DNA from: the human T2T-CHM13v2.0 reference genome, Homo sapiens
Assembly: GCF_009914755.1 (NCBI RefSeq)
Contig: NC_060944.1
Length of the DNA stretch: 64,000 bases
Strand: one strand, 5' to 3'
Under the pieces are notes generated by a model. It saw nothing but the letters and a program-made list of their open reading frames with translations. It ran no database searches and had not been told where the DNA came from. Positions 44,287 to 61,713 of the stretch are shown in pieces (positions within the stretch are counted from its first letter, which is position 1; every line of letters starts with the position of its first letter). The position numbers and the translations under genes are program-made.

Positions 44287-46810
44287 TCAAATTGCCTTGA
44301 AGCCTTGGGTAGTTGGAAGTGCCTTTTTCCAAGGTGGGGACAGGTGTGTGAAACGCGGGATGGGCTGTAAGGGATCCCAGGACGGAATCCAGCCCTCCCT
44401 ACGTATTCCCTGTCTTTGCAGGTAGGTTGTGGTTCTGAACTCAAGGATTAAGGCTTCCAAACTTGGTCCAGCTTCAGTATTGCCTGGGAGCTTCGGTCAA
44501 TATGATTCTCAGGTCCCAGATCTTTTGACACAGAAGCTCTCAGGTGGCCCCTATGTGGGAGTCCCTGCCCCAGAGCCCAGCAGTTGTTTTCCCACTAGGA
44601 CTGTGGTGACTCCCGTCTTCCTCTTCTAGGTGGCCAGACCCAGGTGAGGGAAGAGGCAGTGGTGGGAGAGTTTGGAGGGAGCGCCAAGAGACACACATGA
44701 GCAGAGGCTGCTGGAGAGTCAGAGATGTCGAGAAATGCCAGGGAAAAACAAGCTACCTTTTAATTTTGACCTCATTTCTAAATGATCACAGCTACCAAGG
44801 AAGATATTAATTTGCCTCCTGGGAAGTGGCTGGGGGAAGCACCAAGAGAAACTGGCAAGCAAAACAGGACCCAGAGGCTGAAGTCCTTGCACCGAGCACT
44901 TGCCAAGGTGGAGGTGGGGAGGGCTGGGACTCTGAGGGCCCTTTGGGTCCCTAGAATGATGCTAAGATAAGTCAGGCAGCTGCTGGCAGTCCAGTTCATT
45001 CTGAATCCATCCCACGAGAGGGGCTCAAATGGCCAAAATGTGTCCCTTGCCTTGACAGGCTTGGGAGGTTCATGGAACATTCTCTCACTGGCCCTCTTCA
45101 CCTGGGGGTCATCCTGTAGGTCTCCCCACAAGCATCACTTCTTCAGGGGAGGCCTCCCTTGCTCCCCATTACTGGGTCATATCCCCAGTGTGAACACCCA
45201 CTTGGCCTTCTCTTTCCTCCCGTGGGCATGTTCAATGCATGATGCACTTTCATCCAGCAAGGCAGACCTGCTGTCTCCTTTTACAGGTGAAGGCGCTAAG
45301 GTTCAGAGAGTTTAAGCAGTTTGCCCAAGGTCACACAGCTTGCACATGGCCTGGAACTTCTGTGGCTGCCACAGATACAGAAAACATTGCCCCCAAGTCC
45401 TTTGTTATAACTGAACACCACTTAACAACAGAAAACTATGGCTACCCAAAAGGATCAGACGAAACCTCTCAAAGGACCAAATAAATATCAGTGCTAGGTC
45501 CAGGCACGACGTAGGGATTATGTTTTGGACGCCACATCCACTTGACGACAGGGCCCCCAGAGGCCAACCTTTGCTGAACGGAGCCCTCCCCTTCCCCAAA
45601 GTCAGCTGTTTCTCTGTCCCTGGAAATGCCTCTGAAATGTCAATTGTGAGCCACCCCCACCTCCCCTTCCTCCTACGAGCCATGTAGCAGCTCAAATATA
45701 TTATACATATTAAAAGAATATATTCTCTGGCAGCCCTGAAGGGGATAATGAAACCTATATATATATATCTATATATTTATACACAATGGATTGGCTCGAA
45801 ATGCTCTGAATATCCCTCCAGCTATGGCAACCCTTTGAAATATGACACTCGAACAACGCCTCCCCCACTGGCGGCTGGCGGGAGACATTAAAGATTTAAA
45901 AAAAGGGAAGGAAGGAAGGAGACGAAGGAGAAGAAAAAGGAGGCAGCTGCTGTTGCCTTTGGCTGTGCAGCAACAAACTGTGTTTAAATATTAAAACCAC
46001 CCATCACCCGGCCCAGCTGTCTGCCCCCTTCAGTGGTCTGGGTTCTTGCCAGGGTCTCCTGTGGCTCAGAATGGCTGGTGGGGGTGGGGTGCCATGCAGA
46101 TCTAACCCCCCAACCCTGGGGATGTGGCAGAGGCTGGGAGGTTGGAGGGGGAGGCTCTGCTTCTGATCTCAGATTCTGGGCTTGTCTAGGCTCGGCTGGG
46201 AAAAGGGATCTGATGTGGGAGTGGGGTTGGGGGGCGTCTGCTGGGTTTGAGGCAGAAGATAAGGGTTTGGATCCTGACTGCTGATTAGGCGCTGTGTGAA
46301 CTTGACCTTGGGGAAATCACCCCCCAGCTCAAGCTGCAATAACCTCGTCTATACTGTAAGAGATTTAAACTTGATCGTGGGACTTGAGGACTCTATGAAT
46401 CCTCACAAATTACATGCAAAATTGGGGTGAGGTCAAGGGAGTCACAGTCTCGCTGGAGTGACTGGCCACCCTCTGAGTGTTCAGACCATGATTTCCATCT
46501 CAATGCTGGTATTTTAGGTCTCTGGGTAGGGCCTGATTTCCTCTGCATCCTGGTTCCTGCAGGAGAGGCACTTTGTAAGTGTTTGTTAATGATCAGAGAT
46601 GGGAAGGTACACCTTGTTCCAACACTGTAATTAAAGGTGACCAGAAGTGGCATGGGTTATCTTGCAAGGTGGTGAGCTCCCTGCCACTGAAGGAATTCAA
46701 ACAGAGGCTGAATGAACTCTTTTTGGGGATGCTGTAAGGGATACTTAAGCATTTGACAGGGTTTGACTGTGAGATCCCTTCTGATTCCAAATTTCTTATA
46801 ATTTTAATTT

Positions 46811-47220
46811 TTTAAAACTTTTAAGTTCAGGGTTGCATGTTACGTGGTTTGTTCTAAAGGTAAACTTGTGTCACAGGGATTTGTTGTACTGATTATTTCA
46901 TCACCCGGGTATTAAACCCGTGCCCACTAGTTATTTCTCCCGATCCTCTCCCTCCTCCCAACCTCCACCCTCTGGTAAGCACCAGTGTCTTTTACTCCCC
47001 TTGATGTGTCCATGTGTTCTCATCATTTATCTCCCGCTTATAATTGAGAACATGGGGTATTTGGTTTTCTGTTCCTATGTTAGTTTGCTAAGGATAATGA
47101 CCTCTAGCTCCATCCATGTTCCTGCAAAGGACATGATCTCATTCTTTTTTTACGGCTGCATAGTATTCCATGGTGTATATGTACCACGTTTTCTTTATCC
47201 AGTCTACTGTTGGTGGGCAG
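46811..47220 (-). mobile_element. 5'-truncated old L1PA 3' end
   Basis: L1PA 3' UTR in reverse; exact TSD ATAATTTTAATTT (46798-46810 / 47221-47233). Confidence 0.88.
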
Positions 47221-47474
47221 ATAATTTTAATTTGTTATGATTGAAGGCTACACAGAACTTCAACTATGACTGAGGAGAGGAAGAGAGCAGTTTGGGGTTT
47301 CTGTATATTCTGCCAGAGTGTAAAGTGGCAGACGTGTGGCTTTGCCTTCCAGGTGCCTCTCATAGTGGTGTGGAGTGATTCCAGGGTTTAAATACACATA
47401 TTTTACTCTGCCATAGCTCCTAAACTCACACCAAACACTTTTGATCATCTGCTCCACTGAAAACGCAGGGATTT

Positions 47475-47788
47475 TTTCCTTTCCTTTCCTTTCTTTTTCC
47501 TTTTCTTTTTGAGATAAGGTCTCCTGTCACCCAGGCTGGATTGCAGCAATGCAATCACGGCTCATTACAGTCTCAACTTCCCGGGCTCAGGTGATCCTCC
47601 CACCTCAGCCTCCCTAGTAGCTGGGACCACAGGTGAATGCCACCATGCCCGGCAAATTTTTGTATTTTTTGTAGAGATGGGGTTTTGCCATGTTGCCCAA
47701 GCTGTTCTCGATCTCCTGGGCTAAAGTGATCTGCCTGCCTTGGCCTCCCAAGGTGCTAGACTTACAGGTGTGAGCCACCATGCCTGGC
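47475..47788 (-). mobile_element. AluJ
   Basis: Reverse Alu. Confidence 0.9.
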
Positions 47789-47899
47789 TGGATTTGCTTC
47801 GTCCCTGGAGGAAAAGCTGACTGAGCTGGACTCACTGACAGCTGAATGGTTTCCAGCATGGAATGTCTCTACAGGATTTGCAAGGGAAATTTTGTCTTT

Positions 47900-48542
<643 letters not shown>

Positions 48543-48999
48543 TGGCAAGGGGCATTTTGACTACACCAGACTGGGATATTTGCTCACCCATTAACTCTAG
48601 AACCAAATCCCTGAATAAGATGTGACTTCCCTAATTGGGATGCTCCAATTCTAACAGCCAGGAGTCTTAAGGGTTCAGGATTCCAGAATCTAAAGTTTCT
48701 ATAACTTGAAGATTCCGAAAGTCAATATTTCTAAGACTCTATAAGTCAAGAAATCTTTAAGAGGTAGTTCAAGATAAGACTTTCTATGGGGAATGTATGT
48801 TAGGGGTGGAAGTGCTAAGGAATAAATGTGAAACTTTTTTGCTTTTTTTCAATGTGTGAACCACCTACCCATAGAAAATAAATCTATAAAAAGATCATCT
48901 GCAAAAGCAAAGTGATTTCACTTAACTTAGAAAAATACAAAATATTTTCTCTGTTAAAAGGACTGAAGCTCAGGTGGGAGTTTGATAAAGGGATGGAGT

Positions 49000-49185
49000 C
49001 TGCTGCATGCTAGTAAACCACCTCTCCAAAGAATGCTGGGGTCTGTAGCATTTGCCAGTTTTCATGGTGTAAATACTTCCACTGCAATCGATTTCAAGTT
49101 GCCAGCAGTTTAACAATTGGTTCTCAAAGTTCCCGAAAATCTAACAATCGCCCTTTTATGACCTAGCAAAAGCTGGCTGGCCAGG
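49000..49185. mobile_element. MER63-like hAT MITE
   Basis: tttgccagttttcatggtgtaaatacttccac...gatttcaag. Confidence 0.55.
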
Positions 49186-49424
49186 CTTCTGCAATAGAAC
49201 CTGGAAGAGTCAGAGGGGTTGTGGCTTTGAGGACAATTGTTCAAGTGAGAAGAGGGCTGTGCAGATCTCAAGATGACATCGGGATCCTGATGTGAAGTTT
49301 TCCTGCTTCTGGAGGAGGGAAGCAGAGGGCTGTTTTGCCTCCTCTGGGCCAGGGATGCATGGAATGGCAGAGGTGGGGGCTCCCAGCTATGGAGACTGGA
49401 AGGGCAGGTAAGTGATGGGACTGA

Positions 49425-49813
<389 letters not shown>

Positions 49814-50301
49814 TGAAAATTTATGCAGAGCAGAGATCATGATGCTCATTTTGCTGATGAGAAAATTAAGACCCAGACAGGAAAAGGTATTTGTTTCCAG
49901 TCACATAGTTGCCAGGAAATAAAATGATAGTAGCTCAAATAGATTGAGCATTTACTCTGAGCCAGATCTATGCTAAATAGCTTGACTTGTTGCTTAGGTC
50001 GGGGTCCCTGGAAGCAGATCCTGAGACAAAGTCCCCTGTGCAAGAGATTTATTTCAAAGGTGTGCCCAGGTAAGGGGGAGAGGGGCTGCAGAACAGGGAA
50101 GGGGAGGAAGCCAGGCAAGGGTGTGAGTTCAGACCATGTCCTAGCCTCAGCCTAATGGGGTGTGGGTCTGGAGCACCCCAGAATTTGTCCCAGCTGGAAG
50201 CAAAAGATCCGGGCTTTCATACTCCTCTGTTAGTCATTGGCTGGGGGCCATTCTTGGGACACGTTGACTCCCAGGCCCCCAGGTCAAGCCTCCGAATAAG
50301 G

Positions 50302-50823
<522 letters not shown>

Positions 50824-51202
50824 TAAGGATTTCTTATTAGCATCCAAACACATCGGAGCTGGGCATCAACAGTGTCCACTCGCTTGTATTAACTCAATTA
50901 TTCCTCCCAGCAATGCTAAGTGGTATTATTATCACCCCCACTTTGTAGATGGGGAAAATGAGGCACAGAGAGATGGAGCCACCTGCCCAGCATCACACAG
51001 CTAGTGACTGTCAGAGCTGGGCGGAGCCTCGGCCAAACCGAGGCCTGTACACAGTTCCCATTGTTCTCTTCTGGGAGGAAGGGACGTTGGTGACTGGAGG
51101 AGCAAGAGAAGATGGCCAGAGGCAGGGGAAGCTGTCAGGACCAGGGACAGCAACTCTCAGAAGAAAGGGGAAAGAGAGGCGAGGCTTTAAGAGACCTGTT
51201 TG

Positions 51203-51565
<363 letters not shown>

Positions 51566-53335
51566 TCACACAGCGCTCTCTTCCCCTCCCCCAAACATCC
51601 TAGCCCAGCCCTCTGAGCCTTAGTCTTTTTCTCTGTAAAATGGGGTGAATAGAGGTACCTGTTCCCTCATAGTGCTGTTGAGAGAATTAAATAAGAAAGT
51701 GCTTGTCAAGTGCATGTTCTGGGTGGCCCACTGTGAGGACTGACAGCCACAGCTCTTCCCTCTGCCTGGCCAAGAGGCACCAGCTGGGGTGCTAGATGTG
51801 AGCTGAGCCTCTGGCCTAGGGGACGAGGGGCTGCTGTAGGGCTGAGTGTATGCTGGGGGAGAGGGCTGGGGTGAGCTGAGGTGGGGCAGTGGATTTGCCC
51901 CCGAGAGCCTGAGGGGAGCCATCAGTGTGCTTTCAGCCGGGAATGTCGTGACTGCAGTGTGGGGTGTGTGCTGGGTTCAGAGGGGCAGCAGAGAGATGAC
52001 AGGGTGGGGAGATGGTTGAGGTTGGGTGATGCTAACGTCCAGGCAGGAGGAGGGTGGTGCGGCTGGGCTGGCACAGTGGGTGACACACATGGCTTGTGGG
52101 TGTGTAGCATAGTGTGCCCTGTGCATGGGCCTGCATGGGCACGTGTGTGTGGTCTATCTGAGTGTGTGTCATGAGTGTCTGTAGGGGCATCTGTGTGTCT
52201 GTGTAATGGTGCATGTGTGTCTGGGAGTGAAGTTGAGGGCATGCATTGTACTAGTGTGCCTACCATACTTGAGCGTGTTTGCAAATGTGTGTGGGTGTGT
52301 GTCTGGCCCAAACCTGGCAGGCTGCGGTGGCAGAGGGGCTGAAGGCCTGGCAGTGGCCTGATGGGCAGCTTTGGAACTCCTTCCACCCCTCTCTCACAGG
52401 AGCTGACTCCCAGACCGAGGAGGCCTGCTGGCACTGAGTCCGTCCTGTATCTAGAAGGACTGCCATGGCCCTGGCAGTGGGGGAGGGCTCTTAGGACCTG
52501 GGGCAGGCTGGAGGAGTCAGGACTGAGAAGGGAGTGGGGTGGGTGAAGGCTGGGTGCAGACCTAGGAGAGGGCCACCTCCCTGGACCTCTGTTTCTGTGT
52601 CTGTGAAGTGGGCCTTGAAGAGTGGCCCCAAAAGATACAGCTGGGCAGATCCACCAATGTCTGCTGGCTTGAACCCCACCTTACACAGAGGCCCAAACTG
52701 GGCAATAACTTGATGAGTGTTGCCCAGCAAATCAGTGGCTACTTGGAGGGCAGACTCCGGCTTCCCGTGGCCATCTGAGTCAGGGCCCTGGCAGGGATCC
52801 TGGAACACCAGCACTGGGCCTCCCTTCTCCAGGCAGCACCCAGCACAATATTCCAGCCTGGGGGACAGGACTGATAGATGCTGTCCCCTCATGTTCTGGC
52901 AGATGCCCAGGCATGACTTCAAAGCTGGAAACAACATGGGAATCCCACCATCAGAGCTCACAGCCTGTCCATTCTGCAGGATTTCAAGGCCAAGGAATAG
53001 CTTTTCTGCCTGTCATTCCGCCATTAAGGAGTCAGTCATTTGGCTATGTAAATCTTTCAAATGTTTCTTTTTTAAAATGTAGGTAATTTCAGAAAGTATT
53101 TTACTTTCCACCTTGGTTGTCAATTAAGATTGGGACCGGGGAGTTGAGTTGGACTCTTTATGGGGCCAGGTTACTGGGGGAGAGGTCCTGAAGTCAAACA
53201 AGGACCTTGTACTTGCAGTGATGAGCCCTGCTTTGAGAGAAATGCCAGCACCACCAGCCAATAAGATGGAGAGAGGGAGGAGGGTGGAGTATGTAAACTG
53301 AGGCACAAAAGCTGGGGCCAAAGCAAACACTTTAT

Positions 53336-53960
<625 letters not shown>

Positions 53961-54421
53961 CAAGCCCTTTAGCTGACAGTGGGTCTTTGGCAGAAAATTA
54001 GGTTGAGGCACTCACTGAGGGTTTTGGGAGAGGGAGGAAGCTCAGCCTCTGGCTCTGTCCTTAGGCCTGGCCCACCAGCCCCACAGCGCTACCTCCATGC
54101 AGTAGTGCCCTCTGGCTTACAGGGGGAAACAGGAAACCACAGCTGGGATGTGAATTCTCAGCCTGAGTGCCCTGTGCTTCCCTGGAGGGGAACTCAAGTT
54201 CCTCTTTTGTGTCAGAGATGAAAGTCTGAGCTACAGTAGGTGGGGAGCTTGGAGTGATTTGTGTGTCTCTCTTTCCTCTCACCCTCCCTTCCTCCTTGCT
54301 CTTGGTCTCACTGTTAGCCCCCAGCTGGCTGTGTCTGGGGCTCCCTTTTCTCCTCTACCTTGCACTCCAGCTGACCATCTCGTTTCTGGATCCTTCTCTT
54401 TGCTCATCATCTTTCCTCAAA

Positions 54422-54727
54422 CTCTCTCTCTCTCTTTCTTTTTTTTTCTTTTGAGACAGAGCCTCATTCTGTCACCCAGACTGGAGTGCAGTGGCACAAT
54501 CTCAGCTCACTGCAGCCTCTGCCTCCTGGGTTCAAGTGATTCTCATGCCTCAGCCTCCTGAGTAGCTGGGACTACATGTGTGCACCACCACGCCCGGCTA
54601 ATTTTTGTATTTTTAGTAGAGATGGGGTTTCGCCATGTTGGTCAGGCTGGTCTCAAACTCCTGGCCTCAGGTGATCCACCTGCCTCGGCCTCCCAGAGTG
54701 TTGGGTGTGAGCCACTGCACTGGGTCC
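54422..54727 (-). mobile_element. AluS
   Basis: Reverse Alu; TSD approximately TCCTCAAACTCT. Confidence 0.9.
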
Positions 54728-55703
54728 TCAAACTCTTCCTCTGACTTTGTCAGTTTCTTCCCCCTACTCTCGTCTTTCCCACTCCTTGTCTCTGTCTCTC
54801 CCTCCCTCCTTCTCTTATCATCCTCCAGATCTCTGCCCAAGCACCACCTTTTCCAAGAAGCCCTCCCTGACCCTCCAGGCCTAACTTATGTCCCCGTGTC
54901 CTCCTGGAAACCATGCTCCTTGCCTTCAGAGCCCCCACTTCTACTTGCAGTGAGTAATTACAAACCAGAGTCTGTCTCCCCACCAGCATGTGAGTTCCTT
55001 GTTTGCCTTGCTCACTGCCATATCCTCAGTGCCTGGCATACAGTGAGTGCTTAATAGATGTTCCTGGTGTAATTGCCTTTCTCTCTGCCCCTTCTAGTCT
55101 CTCTGCTTTGTCCTAGCTGCCCGGATGACCTAGCCAGAGGCTTCTCCACTTGTCTCTCATCCTGCTCTTCACTTCCCTGTCTCCACAGCTCTTGGTGGCC
55201 CAGGGTGGGCCTTGGCCTTCAGCCTGCTGACCCAGGACCCTCACTCCTTCCATAGTGGGGACCAGTGCCTGTCTGAGCCCCATCATGATCCCACTGGGAG
55301 GTACTTGTTATAACTGGTTAGAGGAATGAATGATACAAAGAGAAAGGATTTGCCATTTCAATCCCAGCCATCTCTGCTTGACATACCTTGTGACCCTGCG
55401 CAAGTCACCTCATCTTTTGAGTTTCTCTTTCTCCATCTGTGAAACTGACTGGAGATCAGCAAAGACATTCCATGGGAACCTGCTTTGTAACCCATGAAGT
55501 GCCTTGTTGGTACCTGTGACTACCAGATGTTAGTATAACGTTTTCCTTCCCTCTCTGGGCACTAAGACACATGAAGTTCAATTTGCAGCCCCCAGGAGCC
55601 CAGGCTGGGGTGCTTGGGGTGCTGGGGCTCTTCAATGATGGCAACTAGGGGAAGGACAAAGTTGGTGTTTAAAACCAAATTCATTAATGTGTGTATCATT
55701 GAG

Positions 55704-56204
55704 CAGGGATCCTCAACCCCCAGGCCACATAGCAGGAGGTGAGCGGGGGACAAGCAAGCAAAGCTTCATCTGTATTTACAGCTGCTCCCCATTGCTCACA
55801 TTACTGCCTGAGCTCCACCTCCTGTCAGATCAGTGGTGGCATTAGATTCTCACAGGAGGGCGAACCCTATTGTGAACTGTGCATGCGAGGGATCTAGGTT
55901 GCACACTCCTTATGAGAATCTAACGCCTGATGATCTGTCACTGTCTCCCATCACCCCCAGATGGGACCATCTAGTTGTAGGAAAACAAGCTCAGGGCTCT
56001 TACTGATTCTACATTATGGTGAGTTGTATAATTATTTCATTCTATATTACAATGTGATAGAAATAGAGTGCACGATAAATGTAATGTGCTTTAATCATCC
56101 GGGAATCATCCTGAAACCTTCCTTCCCCCAACCCCACACTGGTCCTTGGAAAAATTGTCTTCCATGAAAGCTGTCCCTTGTGCCACAAAGATTGGGGACC
56201 ACTG
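55704..56204. mobile_element. MER1A-like non-autonomous hAT-Charlie element
   Basis: TIRs CAGGGATCCTCAA / TTGGGGACCACTG; 8-bp TSD TCATTGAG/TTACTGAG. Confidence 0.85.
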
Positions 56205-56631
56205 TTACTGAGCACCTACTATGTGCCAGGCACTGTTTAGGGCTCTAGGGCTATATCAGCAAACAAATTAGAACTCTGCTCCTAGTTCCTAACGCAGTCA
56301 TTGCACCATCCATGACTTCAACAGATATGCATTGAGCACCTACTGTGTGCTGGGCACAGCGGAGGCCTTGGGATGGAGAAGTGAATGAGACCTGCCCTCA
56401 CAAGTGCATATTTGGTGCTCCATCTCTGTTCAGTGCTTAGTGCCTTTCCACGCTCCAATATTTTACCTTTGGCCTGCCCAACTAAAGTGATGAGAGCAAT
56501 TGCAGATTAGGTGACTTGCTGAAGGTCACGTGTGCTGGAAATTGGAAGAGCTGAATCAAAACTCAGATCTGTTTGAGTCTAGGGCCCTAACTCTTTGGGT
56601 ATCTTGGGTTGTATCTATCCTCTGTTTACAA

Positions 56632-56939
56632 GTCTCTCTCTCTCTCTTTTTTTTTTTGAGATGGAGTCTCGCTCTGTTGCCCAGGCTGGAGTGTAGTGGC
56701 ACCATCTTGGCTCACTGCAACTTCCGCCTTCCAGGTGATTCCAAGTGATTCTCCTGCCTCAGCTTCCCAAGTCGCTGAGATTACAGGCATGTGCCACCAA
56801 GCCTAAGTTTTGTATTTTTCGTGGAGACGGGGTTTCACCATGTTGGCCAGGCTGGTCTCAAACTTCTGACCTCAGGTGATCCATCTGGCTTGGCCTCCCA
56901 AAGTGCTAGGATTACAGGCATGAGCCATCGCACCTGGCC
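56632..56939 (-). mobile_element. AluS
   Basis: Reverse Alu. Confidence 0.9.
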
Positions 56940-57525
56940 CCAAGTCTCATTTTCCCTGTCTGTACCCTGAGTAACCTTGGAGACCATCCAGCGACGTGGA
57001 TCAGTGAGAGGAGTGTTGGGGCCAGTGAAGCCGGGGAAGGGGTGCCCAAACTAACATCCCTTCTCCACCAGCAGCCAGGCCAGCTCAGCCTCTGTGCAAC
57101 TTTCCCTGCTTCTGAGTCTGGAGGTGGTTCTTATTATTGGCTCCAAATGACTTTTGCATCCATTTATTTGCTGCATTTTGATTTTGCATTCAATCTCTGG
57201 TCCATTCATGGTGTCTGCGCTACCTAGGGGATGCAAAATTGAGGCAGCCAGGAGTGCAGTTTGGACACGCCTGACAGCCACCACTCCTTGGAGGGAGGAA
57301 CGCTTGACTGACTCCACAGTGGAAAGGCTGATGAGCAGGAGGCTGCCCCGCCACTGCCCCCTACTCCAGCCAGAATCTGCCAGATGGGCTTCCCACCCCG
57401 AAGCTGGCTTCTCCACTCCCCCGGCTCCAACACACATATCTCAGCTGGAGAGATGGCCACTGGGAACCCAGCCAGTACCTGGGGCCTGTAAGCAGGGCAG
57501 GCACTAGACTTCATAAAGGATTTGA

Positions 57526-57929
<404 letters not shown>

Positions 57930-58757
57930 TAGTGGGGTCTTTCTAATAGACGATTTGACCTGGCCCCTCTCCTGCTCAAGACCCTTCCATTGCTCCCCAC
58001 TCCCCTCAGGCTTGGGTACAAATTTCTGGCCTTCCAAGCCCTATCCACACCAGCCCCCTCTCTCAGTTCTTCCTAAGCTCCAGCATCTCCCAGTGGCTCC
58101 TATTTCCCCATGTTCACACCTTGGCAGAGGCTGTTCCCTTTGCCCAAACCATTTGCCACATTGTCCTTTAGGCAAACTCCTAGACACTCTCTGCAAATTG
58201 TGAGGACACCAGCTAGCCCTCTGCACCAGGTATTGCACTTCACACTTTATATGCCTTATTCACTTGGCACTCACAGCCCCTCTAAGAGAAATTCCCATTT
58301 GCAGATCTCCTGAAGTCAGCAGAGGCTCAGAGAAGTCAAGCAACTTGCCCTGGGTCACACAGTAGGATGGCAGGGCAGGCAGTGCAACTCCAGAGTCTAT
58401 GCTCCTAACCTCAGAGCCTCAGAACCAGCTCAGAGCCCACCTCCTCAGAGCTCTCCCAGCCACACAAACGCCAGCCTCCTCCATCCCACCTCACTCCTGC
58501 TCTCAGCAGAGAGACCTCCCTCCTCATCTGGGGCTCCCATGGACCCAGGACGTTTTTGGTGATTACATTTCCACACTGCCTTTATTCCCTCATGTCTGGC
58601 TCTGTCATGAGATGCTGAGGCTGGTCAAGGACTGTGGCTGTGGGTTCCCAGTTCCCAGCATAAGGCTAGGCAAAAAGGGTAAATGTAACTAAGATTGGTC
58701 TCATCAGGAGCCCCGCAGAGATGACAGAAGGAGCAAATGAAGTAAGAGCTGTAAACA

Positions 58758-59046
<289 letters not shown>

Positions 59047-60532
59047 CAAGCTGTAAACAGACCTTGTGTGGCTTTTGTGTCCAGGAGGTGGGGAGGTGTT
59101 ATTATATGCAGAGGTGACAGGCTGCACAGCAATGATCTGCAGTGTCTACACCATCTTTCCTCCACAAAGTCAAGATGGGGCATCATCTCCTAAAGGGTCT
59201 CTGAAAGCACACCACCATTAGCTGGTTCAGTATCACTCCATTTCCCCCTGCCCCCTAACCCCCAGCCTTGGGGAGACTGGGGGAGAAGGAGGGTGCTTCT
59301 GGGGAGGAGGGGTCTCTGATTGAAGTCATATATCACAGTGGCAGCTGAGGCAGAGAGATGGGAGCGATTTTTCTTCATGGTTTGCAGACAAATGTGGTGG
59401 ACAGAAAATTGATGGCAACCTTTAGCAGCGAGAGACCTGGGGCCTAGGGAGTGGCCATGCCTGCCCGGGCAATGGGGATCACAGGCAACCACTCCCCGCG
59501 GACCCCCGGCTCCCACCTGAATCTATTGTCCTGGGCAGAGGCAAGGGGGCAGCCCAGACTTGGGGAAGACGCATTGAGGGGGCGTAGGAGGAGGGTATGT
59601 GTGAGGTGGCCTGGGTTAGTGCTGACTGTGTGACCAGGGCAAAGTCAGGCCCTCTGTAGGCCTCAGTTTCCCCGCTGGTACAGTGAGTTGTCAAGGCCAG
59701 CAGAATCTTGGGGAGGGATGTAGGTGGGCTTTTTCCCATATCTCTTATCTTTAGCTGTCTCGTAGGGTCTGGGAGAGTCAGGAAAATGGACGTAACTCTG
59801 GCAGAAGTCTCAGGAGCCCCAAAGCTACACATTTCCTACTTCCAAATTATCCTTGAACCTAGAGGTTTGGGGAGCTTAGAATCTTAGAACCTGGAAAGCT
59901 TGTTTTCCTAGAAACCCAGATTCCTCAGCTCTGAATGCATTCAGTGTAACTCTCCACCCACACCCCAGGTGTGCAAGAAATGTAGCTTCCTTTGTTTTTA
60001 AATAATGCATCGAACTTGCATTTCAAGCTCCGTTCTGCCAGGATGGAAGAAACCCAGGCGGACCGGGCTTCCCTCTTTCATGGGGCTGGATGATACTTGG
60101 GGGACTGCCACAGGTCATGGGAGAGGAGAGGTGACTCCTCAGTTGTCTGCCTATCAAGACATGATGCCCCTTCTGACCCTCAGTGGCTGGTCACCATGGC
60201 ATGCAACTGTCCACAAGGCTGCTCTGGTCTTTTGAGTCTTTCTGATGCTCCCACACCATGCTGGGCACAGGGGTCTCTGCTGGGCCATATCAGACCTGTG
60301 GACCCAGACTGGGGCTCAGCCTGGAGTAGGGCACAGGCCACCGTTGCTCTCAAGTCTTCTAGATGTGGCTGTGGATTCTGACATCACCCTCAGGCCTGGA
60401 GATGGGGTAGGACTCCTTTCTCAGAGGCCTGCAGGTTCAAGGGCTCCGGGTTTCCCTTCGACTCCTTTCCTGAAACCCAGCTGAGGGGACTGCACTGGGG
60501 ATCCTAGGGGTGACTGGGAGCTGGGTCACATC

Positions 60533-61250
<718 letters not shown>

Positions 61251-61313
61251 CTCTCTAGAGTTACTCTCAAAAAAATAAAAATAAAAATAAATAAAAATAA
61301 ACATGTTGGGTAG

Positions 61314-61713
<400 letters not shown>

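Noticed and set aside
48650-48790. Weak ~8-bp periodic ATTCTAAG-like tract
   Set aside because: Typical decayed CR1/MIR-tail-type low-complexity sequence.
52491-53082. 156-aa and 121-aa ORFs in unique sequence
   Set aside because: No recognisable homology, splice context or retrocopy hallmarks.
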